Positions 1 to 10,433 of a stretch of DNA of 64,000 nucleotides are shown here, piece by piece. Below the pieces are notes generated by a model that did not search any database, was not told the origin of the DNA, and saw only the letters and a program-made list of their open reading frames with translations. The translations under genes were made by a program, and so were the position numbers. The stretch lies in contig DATEJK010000117.1 of the NCBI GenBank assembly GCA_035278025.1, positions 11,293 through 75,292 of the forward strand, written 5' to 3'. Source of the stretch: Terriglobales bacterium. GTDB taxonomy: Bacteria > Acidobacteriota > Terriglobia > Terriglobales > Acidobacteriaceae. The first letter of the stretch is position 1. Every line of letters begins with the position of its first letter.

Positions 1-581
1 ATCTGCAGACGGTTGAAATCCACGATGGCGACCAGGTTGTCGAGCTTGTAGTGCGCCGCCTCCATGGCCGCCTCCCAGATGTTGCCCTCCTGCTGCTCGC
101 CATCGCCCATCAGGCAGAAAACCTTGTTCTTGCGCCGGTCCAGTTTGGCGGCCAGGGCTGCGCCCACAGCTACGCTCAGCCCCTGACCCAGCGAGCCGCT
201 GGAAACTTCAATGCCGGGCAGCTTGGGCCAGTGCGGATGTCCCTGGAAGGGCGACCACAGCTTGCGCAACGTGACCACGTCTTCGGGCTTGCAGAAGCCC
301 GCAAACGCCAGTCCTAGATACAGAGCGGGCGCCTTGTGTCCCGCCGACCAGATGATGCGGTCGCGGTTTTCCCAGTTGGGATTTTTGGGATCGTGATCGG
401 CCACGCGCAGGTAGAGCGCAGCCACAATATCCATAATGGAAAGCGTGCCGCCGGCATGGCCCGAGCCCGCCGCGGCCAGCGTCACCAGGTCGTAGCCGCG
501 CATCAGATCGGCAGCCTCAGCTAACTGCTCGATGGAGTAGTCACGGATGTGCTTTCCGCTTTTGGAATCAATGAGTGCCAT
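1..581 (-). CDS. Transketolase, N-terminal (TPP-binding) subunit of a split transketolase; partial, C-terminus runs off the window edge
   Basis: My own minus-strand translation from ATG at 581-579: MALIDSKSGKHIRDYSIEQLAEAADLMRGYDLVTLAAAGSGHAGGTLSIMDIVAALY...WSAGHKAPALYLGLAFAG...SSGSLGQGLSVAVGAALAAK...CLMGDGEQQEGNIWEAAMEA. SGH and GDG-x-EG-N are TPP-enzyme motifs. Absent from the ORF track because it is open at position 1. Confidence 0.85.
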   Translation of the reverse strand, partial: MALIDSKSGKHIRDYSIEQLAEAADLMRGYDLVTLAAAGSGHAGGTLSIMDIVAALYLRVADHDPKNPNWENRDRIIWSAGHKAPALYLGLAFAGFCKPEDVVTLRKLWSPFQGHPHWPKLPGIEVSSGSLGQGLSVAVGAALAAKLDRRKNKVFCLMGDGEQQEGNIWEAAMEAAHYKLDNLVAIVDFNRLQ

Positions 582-675
582 GGGACGCCCCTGTACACAC
601 GTAGTCCAACTGATGAAGTTATGCCGGTATGTACCGGGGGTCAGTGATGCCCATCACACCGCAAAGCTCTTTTTT

Positions 676-1017
676 CACCACAGAGGACACAGAGAACACA
701 GAGGAAAAACATTCAAAATCTCTTACCACAAAGGTCACGAAGGATTTCAAAGCAGCGTCAAAAACAAGATGCGCATCGAGCACCGGGAGACAACCCGCAC
801 CGGCTATTGTCCGCAAACCCTCCTTACCACCAAGGGCACGAAGGTCACGAAGGATTTCAAAGCAGAGTCAAAAACAAGATGCGCATCGAGCAACCGGGAG
901 ACAACCCACACCGGCTATTGTGCTTTAAACCAGAATCAATTTTTTGTGGAACTTCGTGTCCTTCGTGGTGAAGGGTTTTTGAGAATTATGCCTCTGTGCC
1001 CTCTGTGTCCTCTGGGG
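676..1017. repeat. Composite nested inverted-repeat element holding an 80-bp direct duplication; fills the spacer between the aminotransferase stop and the transketolase start
   Basis: Outer arms 676-704 (CACCACAGAGGACACAGAGAACACAGAGG) and 991-1017 (CCTCTGTGCCCTCTGTGTCCTCTGGGG) are reverse complements, about 23 of 26. Inner arms ACCACAAAGGTCACGAAGG (724-743) and ACCACCAAGGGCACGAAGGTCACGAAGG (826-853) face CTTCGTGTCCTTCGTGGTG (952-970). Direct repeat units 731-810 and 841-921 differ by 2 substitutions and 1 indel. Confidence 0.85.
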
Positions 1018-2217
1018 TTAAGAAAGATTTTTCTTGGTCCATTCCTCGATGGAGCGCAGCGCGGTCTGGATGTTGTCAATGGAATTGGCCACGCTGAAGC
1101 GCAAATAGCCTTCGCCATACTCGCCGAAGGCCGTGCCTGAAAGACAAGCCACTCCCGCCTCCTCCAGCAGCGCGTCGGCCAGCTTTTTGGAGGGCCACCC
1201 GGTCTGCCTGATGTTGGGGAAAGTGTAGAACGCGCCCTTGGGACGGCGGCAGGAGAAACCGCGAATGCGGTTGATGCCGTCCACGAACACGTCGCGGCGG
1301 TGCTGGAATTCCTGCCGCATGTACTCCACCGAAGACTGCTCGCCGCGCAGCGCCTCGATGCCGGCCACCTGGGTGAAGCTGGCGGTGCAGGAGTTGGAAT
1401 TAGTCATCAGGCGGGCGATATAGGTGGCCAGGTCGGGGCGCATCACGCCGTAGCCCATGCGCCAACCGGTCATGGCGTAGGTCTTGGAGAAGCCGTCCAG
1501 GATGACGGTGCGCTCTTTGAATCCATCCTCGGCCACGATGGAATAGTGTTCGCCTTCAAAGACCAGCCGGCTGTAAATCTCGTCCGAGAGCACCATGACG
1601 TCGCGGTCGCCGATGGCGGCGGCGATGTCGCGAATGTTGCGTTGGCTGAGCACCCCGCCGGTGGGATTCTGCGGCGAGTTCAGAATGATGAGCTTGGTGC
1701 GGTCGCTGATCAGGTCCGCGAGTTCGTTTACATCCAGACAGAAATCCAGCTCTTCCCGCAAGCGGATGGGCACCGGCTTGCCACCCATAAAGCGAATCAT
1801 GGATTCGTAAATCGGGAAGCCAGGATTGGGATAGATGACCTCATCCCCTTCTTCCACCAGCGCCAGAATCAGGAAGAAAATAATGGGCTTGCCGCCGGGC
1901 ACCACCACCACTTCGTCGGCCGAGACGGGCACACCGCGACTGCGGCTGACCTCGTCGGCGATGGCCTGGCGCAGGTCGGGCAGCCCAGCGGAGGGGCCGT
2001 AATGGGTCCAGCCTTTATGCAGGGCCTCGACCGCCGCATCCACGATGTTGGATGGGGTAGCGAAATCGGGCTCGCCGATCTCCAGGTGCACTATGCGCCT
2101 GCCCTGCCGCTCCAGGGCGCGCGCCTTGACCAGCACCTCAAACGCGGTTTCCGTGCCCAGCCGCGACATGCGGCGGGCCAAACGCAATTCAGGAATGGTC
2201 TTGCTCATGGTTGCCAT
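1018..2217 (-). CDS. Class I/II pyridoxal-phosphate aminotransferase (aspartate/aromatic aminotransferase-like)
   Basis: 399-aa ORF with NSPQNPTGG and the PLP-lysine motif GFSKTYAMTGWRMGY. Alternative start MSKTIP at 2208. Confidence 0.9.
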   Translation of the reverse strand: MATMSKTIPELRLARRMSRLGTETAFEVLVKARALERQGRRIVHLEIGEPDFATPSNIVDAAVEALHKGWTHYGPSAGLPDLRQAIADEVSRSRGVPVSADEVVVVPGGKPIIFFLILALVEEGDEVIYPNPGFPIYESMIRFMGGKPVPIRLREELDFCLDVNELADLISDRTKLIILNSPQNPTGGVLSQRNIRDIAAAIGDRDVMVLSDEIYSRLVFEGEHYSIVAEDGFKERTVILDGFSKTYAMTGWRMGYGVMRPDLATYIARLMTNSNSCTASFTQVAGIEALRGEQSSVEYMRQEFQHRRDVFVDGINRIRGFSCRRPKGAFYTFPNIRQTGWPSKKLADALLEEAGVACLSGTAFGEYGEGYLRFSVANSIDNIQTALRSIEEWTKKNLS

Positions 2218-2442
2218 CGCATAAACAGGGCATTATACGACCCGGCCGGCGGCTGAAGCTTACGCGGCTGGCCACGCCCCGCCTCCATAAAACGGGCTGC
2301 CGAAGCCCGCAAACTATTCATTCTTCCCTTTCTTCCCCGCTCCTGCAGCCACGCCGGTCACATGCTCGTGTGATGCTGAATCCGCCAGCCCCGCCTTTCA
2401 TGATTCCTGGCCCCCTGTTTGGCGAAAAGGCGAGAGGACAGC

Positions 2443-2478
2443 GCCAAGTTCTCAGTAAAGGCCAAGTTCTCAGTAAAG
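2443..2478. repeat. Perfect tandem duplication of an 18-bp unit GCCAAGTTCTCAGTAAAG
   Basis: Units 2443-2460 and 2461-2478 are identical. They lie in the spacer upstream of the aminotransferase gene on the minus strand. Confidence 0.9.
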
Positions 2479-2544
2479 AAGGTCGGCGGCGCAAAGGACT
2501 CCGGGGGTGTTGCCCTCGGCAGCGGCGCAGATCGTCAGGTGAGA

Positions 2545-3354
2545 TTATTTGAAGACGTTGTTTTCGGGAACGCCGAAATGGGCTGCTTTAGGCGCGCACG
2601 TATCAATGGAGGTTAAGACGATGTTGGCCGGCTCGCCCACGGCCTGCCCCGAAATCACATAGGGGCGGTATTGGTCCCTGGGCGTGTGATTGTCCAGGAA
2701 TTTTTTGATGAAGGGAGAGCAGTTGACCGCAAACGCGGATTTTTCCTCTGTCCACCACACCGCTCTGAATCTGAAGGGTCTTCCCGATTCCGCTACTCCC
2801 GAAACCACGGAATAGGACCCATCGTTGCTGGTCGCGATGGACCTGAACTCGTCCACCTTAAACACGAGCCAGCGGCCTTTCTGGCCTGGAGCAAGGAACT
2901 TGCAGGCCTCCGCCTCACAAGTCCGCTTGACGCGGTAAATGTTGATGGTGACGGGCTGGGTGGATGTGTTCTTGTATTCGACCGAGACTTTGCCGGATAC
3001 AGGCTGGTATTTCCTGGAAGCGCCCAGCGGGGTGGCAATCGAGTAGTGGATGCCGCTGGTCAACTCCGTGGCCTGAACACAATTCGTCGTGCAACGCTGA
3101 GCTTGCACAGCCAGCCACCCAATTTCGACCGGTTCGGTTGACTCAACAGTGATGGTGTACGCTTGTCCTGGTTTCAGGACAACCCCCGATTTGACCGGAA
3201 CATGCATGACTGCTGCGTGAGCCACAGCAGCCCACAAGAGAAGAAACAGCAGCATGGGACAGCGCATGCCGGCATTATATGGCGGGGAAGAAAACCGTTG
3301 AGTCCTTCGAAGGTCGGCCGCCAGGGACAGCGACGAAATGGCTGCGAGGTTCAT
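2545..3354 (-). CDS. Hypothetical secreted protein (beta-rich, several Cys); function unknown
   Basis: 269-aa ORF. ATG at 3354 overlaps the upstream stop as ATGA. An internal start at 3267 would give a classical signal peptide, MRCPMLLFLLLWAAVAHA. I recognise no family. Confidence 0.6.
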   Translation of the reverse strand: MNLAAISSLSLAADLRRTQRFSSPPYNAGMRCPMLLFLLLWAAVAHAAVMHVPVKSGVVLKPGQAYTITVESTEPVEIGWLAVQAQRCTTNCVQATELTSGIHYSIATPLGASRKYQPVSGKVSVEYKNTSTQPVTINIYRVKRTCEAEACKFLAPGQKGRWLVFKVDEFRSIATSNDGSYSVVSGVAESGRPFRFRAVWWTEEKSAFAVNCSPFIKKFLDNHTPRDQYRPYVISGQAVGEPANIVLTSIDTCAPKAAHFGVPENNVFK

Positions 3355-4325
3355 TGGCTATCCCGCGTTACCGGATTCCAGCGCCCGTCATTGGAGCTGT
3401 ACCAGTTCCGCCAGGAGGCGGCATCGTGCGGAAGATTCTGCCCGGTGATGTCGCGCAGGGCCTGGAACACCCACAGGCGGGTTTGCCCATCCAGCGCCGG
3501 ATCATCGGCAAAGTCGAGCAGCCTGGGCACGGCGGTGCGGCGCTGCTTTTCGCTCAACATGCCGGATTGTGCCAGCGCGCACGCCGCCCGCTCGCGGATC
3601 ATAGGCGAGGGATCGTCGTGCAGCACGCCCAGAAGCGGCGCGATGGTCTCATCGGTTCCCAGGTAGGAAACACCCTCGACCGCCCAATAGCGAATGTTCA
3701 CGTTGGAGTCGTGAATGGAAGCCAGCAGAATCCGGGCGCCACGTTGCGGCTCGATGCCGCGCCCGCCCAGCAGCCCGATATCCCACAGCGCATTGGCGCG
3801 TGGTCCCTGCTCCCCCGTATAGGCATCCGGCTCCAGCCGGTCAACCGTGGCCGAGGTCTTTTCCAGGTTGCGCGCCGCCAGGTCCACCTCGATGGCCGCC
3901 GCCCGCACCCGCAGATCGTCGGAATTGAGAGCGGTGACGAACAGGTTGTTCAGCCGGCTATCGAGAGTGATCTTTCCCCGCCACTGCTCCGCGCGCGCCG
4001 CGATCTGGTCGTTCGCGCCCTTGTAATGATTAACCGAGCGCTCCAGAAGCAGTCCAGCCTGCGCCTGCGGCGTCATTCGGTCCAAATCCTCCGTTTCGTG
4101 CTCGGACAGAACGTTGGCGGAAGCGGGCACGGGCTTGCCGCGCAGGCTGAGAAATTGCTCTACCTGCTGCCAGGCTGCCCGCGCTGTGGGCTTGCCTACC
4201 ACCAGGGCCAGCACCAGGCCTACGATCCATAGCGCCCGCCAGGAACTCCTGCCGGGCTCGATGGGCTCAGGCGGGGCTGGGTTCAGGTTCTGCCGGGCAG
4301 GGCCCGCATTGGACGATAGGTCCAT
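3351..4325 (-). CDS. Membrane-anchored HEAT/PBS-lyase-like repeat protein
   Basis: 324-aa ORF. N-terminal TM segment WRALWIVGLVLALVVG is followed by repeated helical units (NIRYWAVEGVSYLG, MIRERAACALAQSG, LRVRAAAIEVDLAA) typical of HEAT-like repeats. Confidence 0.65.
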   Translation of the reverse strand: MDLSSNAGPARQNLNPAPPEPIEPGRSSWRALWIVGLVLALVVGKPTARAAWQQVEQFLSLRGKPVPASANVLSEHETEDLDRMTPQAQAGLLLERSVNHYKGANDQIAARAEQWRGKITLDSRLNNLFVTALNSDDLRVRAAAIEVDLAARNLEKTSATVDRLEPDAYTGEQGPRANALWDIGLLGGRGIEPQRGARILLASIHDSNVNIRYWAVEGVSYLGTDETIAPLLGVLHDDPSPMIRERAACALAQSGMLSEKQRRTAVPRLLDFADDPALDGQTRLWVFQALRDITGQNLPHDAASWRNWYSSNDGRWNPVTRDSQ

Positions 4326-4620
4326 CGCGCAAGTCTAGACCGCTTGCCGGGGCCGGTAAAACGTGACCTTCGTAATCCCCGCGACACGGGCAGGCTCCCA
4401 CCACCCCACCATCGGGTTGTGCCCTGTCCACCCCCTGGCGAGGAAGACCTTCCTTATCACAGCAAAGGTTGACCCAGACTACAACCGGGCGGTGATGCCG
4501 GTCACAGACAAGGGGTGACGCTCTGCGGCATAACATCACATCAAGCTGTGACTAAATCTGGGCCTGCGCGAGTCCGCCACGTGCCGCTGCCGCCGGACAC
4601 GCAAACAAGGAGGCCTCGTC

Positions 4621-4848
4621 ATGCTGCGGCGCACGGACGTTATTGGATTTGCGGGCCTCGCGATGCTGGTGGCGGGAGCGATTCTGTTCCTTACCGGCTC
4701 GGAAAGCGAATTGACCTGGGTGTACTGGATGACCGGGACCTGTATCTGGTTTATCGGTTTTGGCGTGCTGCTGGGCTGGATCATGTGGCGCGCCGGAACA
4801 TTCACAGAACGGCCGGCGGCCAAATCCGCTGCCCCCCGCAAACAATAG
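4621..4848 (+). CDS. Small two-TM membrane protein, first gene of the Rieske/cytochrome b operon
   Basis: 75-aa ORF. Strong SD AAGGAGG lies 7 nt upstream of the ATG. Two hydrophobic helices (VIGFAGLAMLVAGAILFL; WMTGTCIWFIGFGVLLGWIMW). Ends 10 nt before the Rieske start. Confidence 0.55.
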   Translation: MLRRTDVIGFAGLAMLVAGAILFLTGSESELTWVYWMTGTCIWFIGFGVLLGWIMWRAGTFTERPAAKSAAPRKQ

Positions 4849-4858
4849 GACAGGAACC

Positions 4859-5329
4859 ATGCACTATGCACAACCACAACAGGAAGCAGTAGCGGCGCCG
4901 GGAAGACGTCGCTTTCTGGGCATGCTGCTGGGCGGCGGCCTGTTCGCCTCCGCCGTCTCATTTTTCTATCCCGTGCTGCGCTATCTGGTGCCACCGCGTA
5001 TTACGGACATGGGCGGCGACACCGTTGTGGCGGGCAAGGTGGGGGAACTGCGGCCCAACAGCGGCAAGATTTTCCGCTTTGGCAGCCGCCCCGGCCTTCT
5101 GATGCTGGGCGCCGACGGCCAGTACCGCGCGCTTTCCGCCACCTGCACCCACCTGAGCTGCACGGTGCAGTACCGCAGCGACCTGCGTGAGGTGTGGTGC
5201 GCCTGCCATAACGGCATGTACGACCTGTCCGGCCGCAACCTGTCCGGTCCTCCGCCCCGGCCGCTGGAGCAGTATGACGTGCACGTCCGCGGCGATGAGA
5301 TCATCGTCAGCCGCCGGCGGGAGGCGTAG
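4859..5329 (+). CDS. Rieske [2Fe-2S] subunit of a cytochrome bc/b6f-type complex, TAT-exported
   Basis: Cluster boxes CTHLSC and CACHNG. Twin-arginine signal GRRRFLGMLLGGG. Start moved from the track ORF (4760) to ATG 4859. Confidence 0.9.
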   Translation: MHYAQPQQEAVAAPGRRRFLGMLLGGGLFASAVSFFYPVLRYLVPPRITDMGGDTVVAGKVGELRPNSGKIFRFGSRPGLLMLGADGQYRALSATCTHLSCTVQYRSDLREVWCACHNGMYDLSGRNLSGPPPRPLEQYDVHVRGDEIIVSRRREA

Positions 5330-6409
5330 ATGGCGCCTTTGGTCCGCGTCCGCAACTGGCTGGATGAACGCTTCGGATGGGAGGAGTTGCTGGCTCCCCT
5401 GCGCCACAAGACCGTGCCCATCCACCGCTACTCCTACTGGTATTTTCTCGGCGGCATCACCCTCTTCCTTTTTGGGGTGCAGGTTTGCACCGGCATTCTG
5501 CTTTTGCTCTATTACCGCCCCAGCGCCAATGAAGCCTTTGAGAGCGTGCAGTACATCATGACCCAGGTGCAATTCGGATGGCTGGTGCGCTCGGTGCACT
5601 CCTGGGCCGCCAACCTGATGATCTTCACCGCCTTCCTGCACATGTTCAGCGTCCTGTTCCTGCGCGCCTACCGCAAGCCGCGCGAACTGACCTGGGTGAG
5701 CGGCATGCTGCTGCTGTTCCTGGCCATGGGCTTCGGCTTCAGCGGCTACCTGCTGCCCTGGAACACGCTGGCCTTCTTCGCCACCAAGGTGGGCACCGAC
5801 ATCGCCGGGCAGGTGCCCTTCGTCGGCCACCGCCTCATGGTCTTCCTGCGCGGCGGCGATGAAGTGACGGGGGCCACACTCAGCCGCTTTTTCGGCTTTC
5901 ACGTGGCCGTGCTGCCCGGGCTGATCACCTTGCTCATCTCCCTCCACCTGCTCCTGGTGCAGCGCTTCGGGATCAGCGTGCCGGCGCGCATAGAGCCGGA
6001 ATGGAAGACCATGCCCCGGGAAAAGCGCGAGATGCGCTTCTTCCCCAACTTCCTGCTCCGCGAACTGATGGCCTGGTACATCGCGCTGGGAGTTCTGGGC
6101 GCGCTGGCGGCGTTCTCGCCCTGGGGACTGGGAACCAAAGCCGATCCTTTTGCCCCCGCGCCCGCCGGCATCAAGCCGGAGTGGTACTTCCTGTTCATGT
6201 TCCAGACTTTGAAACTCATTCCCGCCAAGCTGGGCATGCTGGATGGCGAGGTGGTGGGCATCCTCACTTTCTCTCTCGCCGGGCTCATCTGGCTGCTGGT
6301 GCCTTTCCTCGATGGCACTAAGCGGACACAGCGCCTGGTTACAGGAGCGGCCATGTTCGTGGTGGCCTATATGGGAGCCATGACGGCATACGGTTATGTG
6401 GCGAAATAA
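5330..6409 (+). CDS. Cytochrome b (fused b6 + subunit IV type)
   Basis: 359 aa. Heme ligand pairs H-x13-H ([16 protein letters not shown]) and H-x14-H ([17 protein letters not shown]). Qo motif PEWYFL. No Cys at the b6 heme-ci position (YWYFLGGIT). Confidence 0.92.
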   Translation: MAPLVRVRNWLDERFGWEELLAPLRHKTVPIHRYSYWYFLGGITLFLFGVQVCTGILLLLYYRPSANEAFESVQYIMTQVQFGWLVRSVHSWAANLMIFTAFLHMFSVLFLRAYRKPRELTWVSGMLLLFLAMGFGFSGYLLPWNTLAFFATKVGTDIAGQVPFVGHRLMVFLRGGDEVTGATLSRFFGFHVAVLPGLITLLISLHLLLVQRFGISVPARIEPEWKTMPREKREMRFFPNFLLRELMAWYIALGVLGALAAFSPWGLGTKADPFAPAPAGIKPEWYFLFMFQTLKLIPAKLGMLDGEVVGILTFSLAGLIWLLVPFLDGTKRTQRLVTGAAMFVVAYMGAMTAYGYVAK

Positions 6410-7649
6410 GAGCCTCGGCGTGGTACTGGTACTGGCAACCGCGGTGGCGCTGGCCCCGGCGCAGCAGCCCAACAGCTGCGTAGACTGCCATTCCGCACTG
6501 GAGGGTGAGCTGCACGTCACCCAGGAGCAGTTTGCCCAGGACATCCACGGGCAAAAGGGGCTGACCTGCGCCAGCTGTCACGGGGGCGATCCCAGCAAGA
6601 CCGACGACAGCGCCATGAGCAAGGCGGCCGGCTTCAAAGGCAAAATTGAGCGCGCGGCGGTGCCCAAGCTGTGCGGCTCCTGCCATTCCGATCCTGGGTT
6701 CATGCGCCAATACAACCCCTCTCTGCGCACCGACCAGCTCAGCCAGTACCAGACCAGCATCCACGGCAAGCGGCTGGCGGCCGGCGATACCAAGGCGGCG
6801 GTCTGCACCGACTGCCACGGCGTGCACGACCTGCGTCCGGCCTCCGACACCCGCTCCAAGGTTCATCCCCTGAACATCGCCGCCACCTGCTCGCGCTGCC
6901 ACGCAGATTCGAAGTACATGGCGGCATACAAAATCCGCACCGACCAGTACGCGGCTTACAAAATCAGCGTGCACCACCAGGCTATGGTGGAACGCGGCGA
7001 CTTAAGCGCGCCCACCTGCACCACCTGCCATGGCAACCACGGGGCCACGCCGCCCGGGGTGGCCTCGGTGGCTAATGTCTGCTCCACCTGCCATGTATTC
7101 CAGGCGCAGCTGTTTGATTCCAGCCCCCATAAGGCGGCGTTTGCTTCGGCGGGGCTGCCGGGTTGCGTTACCTGCCACAGCAATCATGGGATCAGCAAGC
7201 CAACCGACGAGATGCTAGGTACCGGCGCGAAATCGGTGTGCACCAACTGCCACACCCAAGGCGATGCCGGCTACCAAACGGCGGGCACGATGCAACAGCA
7301 AATCCTTGGCCTGGAGACCTCCATCAGCCGCTCTGACGCCATTCTCGACCGGGCCGAATCCTCCGGCATGGAGGTAAGCCAGGCGCGGCTGGAACTGGAC
7401 CAGGCCCGCGATGCGCTCACCAAGGCGCGGGTGAGCGTGCATACCTTTGCCGGCAAGGCCGTCCTCACGGACGTGGACTCCGGCTTGAAGATCACCGCCA
7501 AGACCTATGGCGAGGGCCAGGCCGCCCTGCGCGAGCGCGATTACCGCCGCACCGGCCTGGGCATGGCGCTGGTCGCGATCGTATTCGTAATGGTGGCCCT
7601 GCGGCTCTACATCAAGGAAATCGAGAAAAACGGAAAAAGCAGTACTTAG
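6396..7649 (+). CDS. Membrane-anchored multiheme (nine CxxCH) c-type cytochrome of the bc complex
   Basis: Signal peptide, nine CxxCH motifs (CVDCH, CASCH, CGSCH, CTDCH, CSRCH, CTTCH, CSTCH, CVTCH, CTNCH) and a C-terminal TM anchor [20 protein letters not shown]. Overlaps the cytochrome b stop by 14 nt. Confidence 0.9.
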   Translation: MWRNKSLGVVLVLATAVALAPAQQPNSCVDCHSALEGELHVTQEQFAQDIHGQKGLTCASCHGGDPSKTDDSAMSKAAGFKGKIERAAVPKLCGSCHSDPGFMRQYNPSLRTDQLSQYQTSIHGKRLAAGDTKAAVCTDCHGVHDLRPASDTRSKVHPLNIAATCSRCHADSKYMAAYKIRTDQYAAYKISVHHQAMVERGDLSAPTCTTCHGNHGATPPGVASVANVCSTCHVFQAQLFDSSPHKAAFASAGLPGCVTCHSNHGISKPTDEMLGTGAKSVCTNCHTQGDAGYQTAGTMQQQILGLETSISRSDAILDRAESSGMEVSQARLELDQARDALTKARVSVHTFAGKAVLTDVDSGLKITAKTYGEGQAALRERDYRRTGLGMALVAIVFVMVALRLYIKEIEKNGKSST

Positions 7650-7710
7650 CAGCTGGTAGTTGGTTGCTGGCCGTACTCATTGGTAGGCCTAACTACCAAC
7701 TACTAACTAC
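7649..7710. repeat. Imperfect hairpin built from the GGTAGTTGG/CCAACTACC word, starting at the cytochrome c stop codon
   Basis: GTAGTTGGT (7657-7665) is the exact reverse complement of ACCAACTAC (7695-7703). Flanking AGCTGG and CTACTAACTAC words match those at 18164-18193 and 53860-53920. Confidence 0.5.
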
Positions 7711-7869
7711 GCATGCGTGGCCTCCCTCTGATCGGTAAACCTCCTGCACATCTCCTCTTGCCTTGCGCACGTGGCCTTGTGATACACTCCCGCCCACAAA
7801 GTTAATGGGGTTCTCGCACCACTACATCTAGGGCTTGGCAGGAAAACTTCGAACCCGGGAGGCAAGGGG

Positions 7870-8669
7870 ATGGGCCTGGCACTTCTGTTGATTATCTGGC
7901 TGATCACCTTCTTCAGTTCCTACTTCTTCGTTGCTCATGCCTGGTGGCCACACGCAATTTCAGCAAGCGCCCCCTACATAGACCACCAATGGCACCTGAC
8001 CTTCGTCGCCATGGGAGTGATCTTCATCATGGCGCAGGTGACCCTGGGCCTGTTCGTCTGGCGCTTTCGCGACCGCGGCGACACGGCCAAGGCCAGCTAC
8101 TCGCATGGCAATAACAAGCTGGAACTCACTTGGACGGTGCTGACCGCCATCCTTTTCCTGGGCTTGAATGCCATCGGCAGCCCCATTTGGGCGGCTGAGC
8201 GTTTTCATTCCGCGGACCAGGGTGCCATGAAGGTGGAGGTCACCGGGCTGCAGTTCGCCTGGTACTTCCGCTATACCGGCGCGGATAACAAATTCGGCAC
8301 CACCCGCCCCGAACTGGAGGACGCTTCCCTGGGCGGCATGAGCGCTTTGGGTGTGGACTCCAACGATCCCGCCTCCAAAGACGACGTGGTCAGCGGCATC
8401 CTGGAGCTGCCGGTAAACACCGAGATAGACCTCACCTTGCGCTCCCAGGATGTGATTCACAGCTTTTTTGTTCCCGCCATGCGCTTCAAGCAGGACGCCG
8501 TGCCCGGGCTGATGATCCACATGCACTTCCGCCCCGAGCAGACCGGCGACTACGAAATCGCCTGCGCCGAACTATGCGGCTTGGGACACTACAAGATGCA
8601 CGGCATCATGCGCGTGGTAAGCGAGCAGGATTTCCAGAAATGGCTGGCGGCACGGGAGGCGGATAAACA

Positions 8670-8673
<4 letters not shown>
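7870..8673 (+). CDS. ctaC: Heme-copper (aa3-type) cytochrome c oxidase subunit II, no fused cytochrome c domain
   Basis: Two N-terminal TM helices. CuA site CAELCGLGHYKMH with upstream H (DVIHSFFVP). Stop overlaps the subunit I start (ATGA). Confidence 0.93.
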
Positions 8674-10427
<1,754 letters not shown>

Positions 10428-10433
10428 ATTGGT

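Noticed and set aside
927-940. Exact 14-mer AAACCAGAATCAAT shared with 59774-59787
   Set aside because: Several exact 14-mer coincidences are expected by chance in a 64-kb window. The flanks show no further similarity.
547-1140. ORFs of 99-197 aa predicted across the 619-1017 repeat region
   Set aside because: They are translations of the nested repeat element (TEDTENTE, TKVTKDFKA-type low-complexity strings). They overlap one another in several frames, and one runs antisense into the aminotransferase gene.
4958-6544. 528-aa ORF on the minus strand spanning the Rieske and cytochrome b genes
   Set aside because: It is entirely antisense to two genes with unambiguous cofactor motifs. Its Arg/Gly/Ala/His/Gln-rich, low-complexity translation is typical of shadow ORFs in GC-rich DNA. 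No recognisable motif.
7707-7907. 66-aa minus-strand ORF in the spacer before the oxidase operon
   Set aside because: No SD and an odd composition. It overlaps the well-supported start of subunit II. Probably non-coding promoter region.
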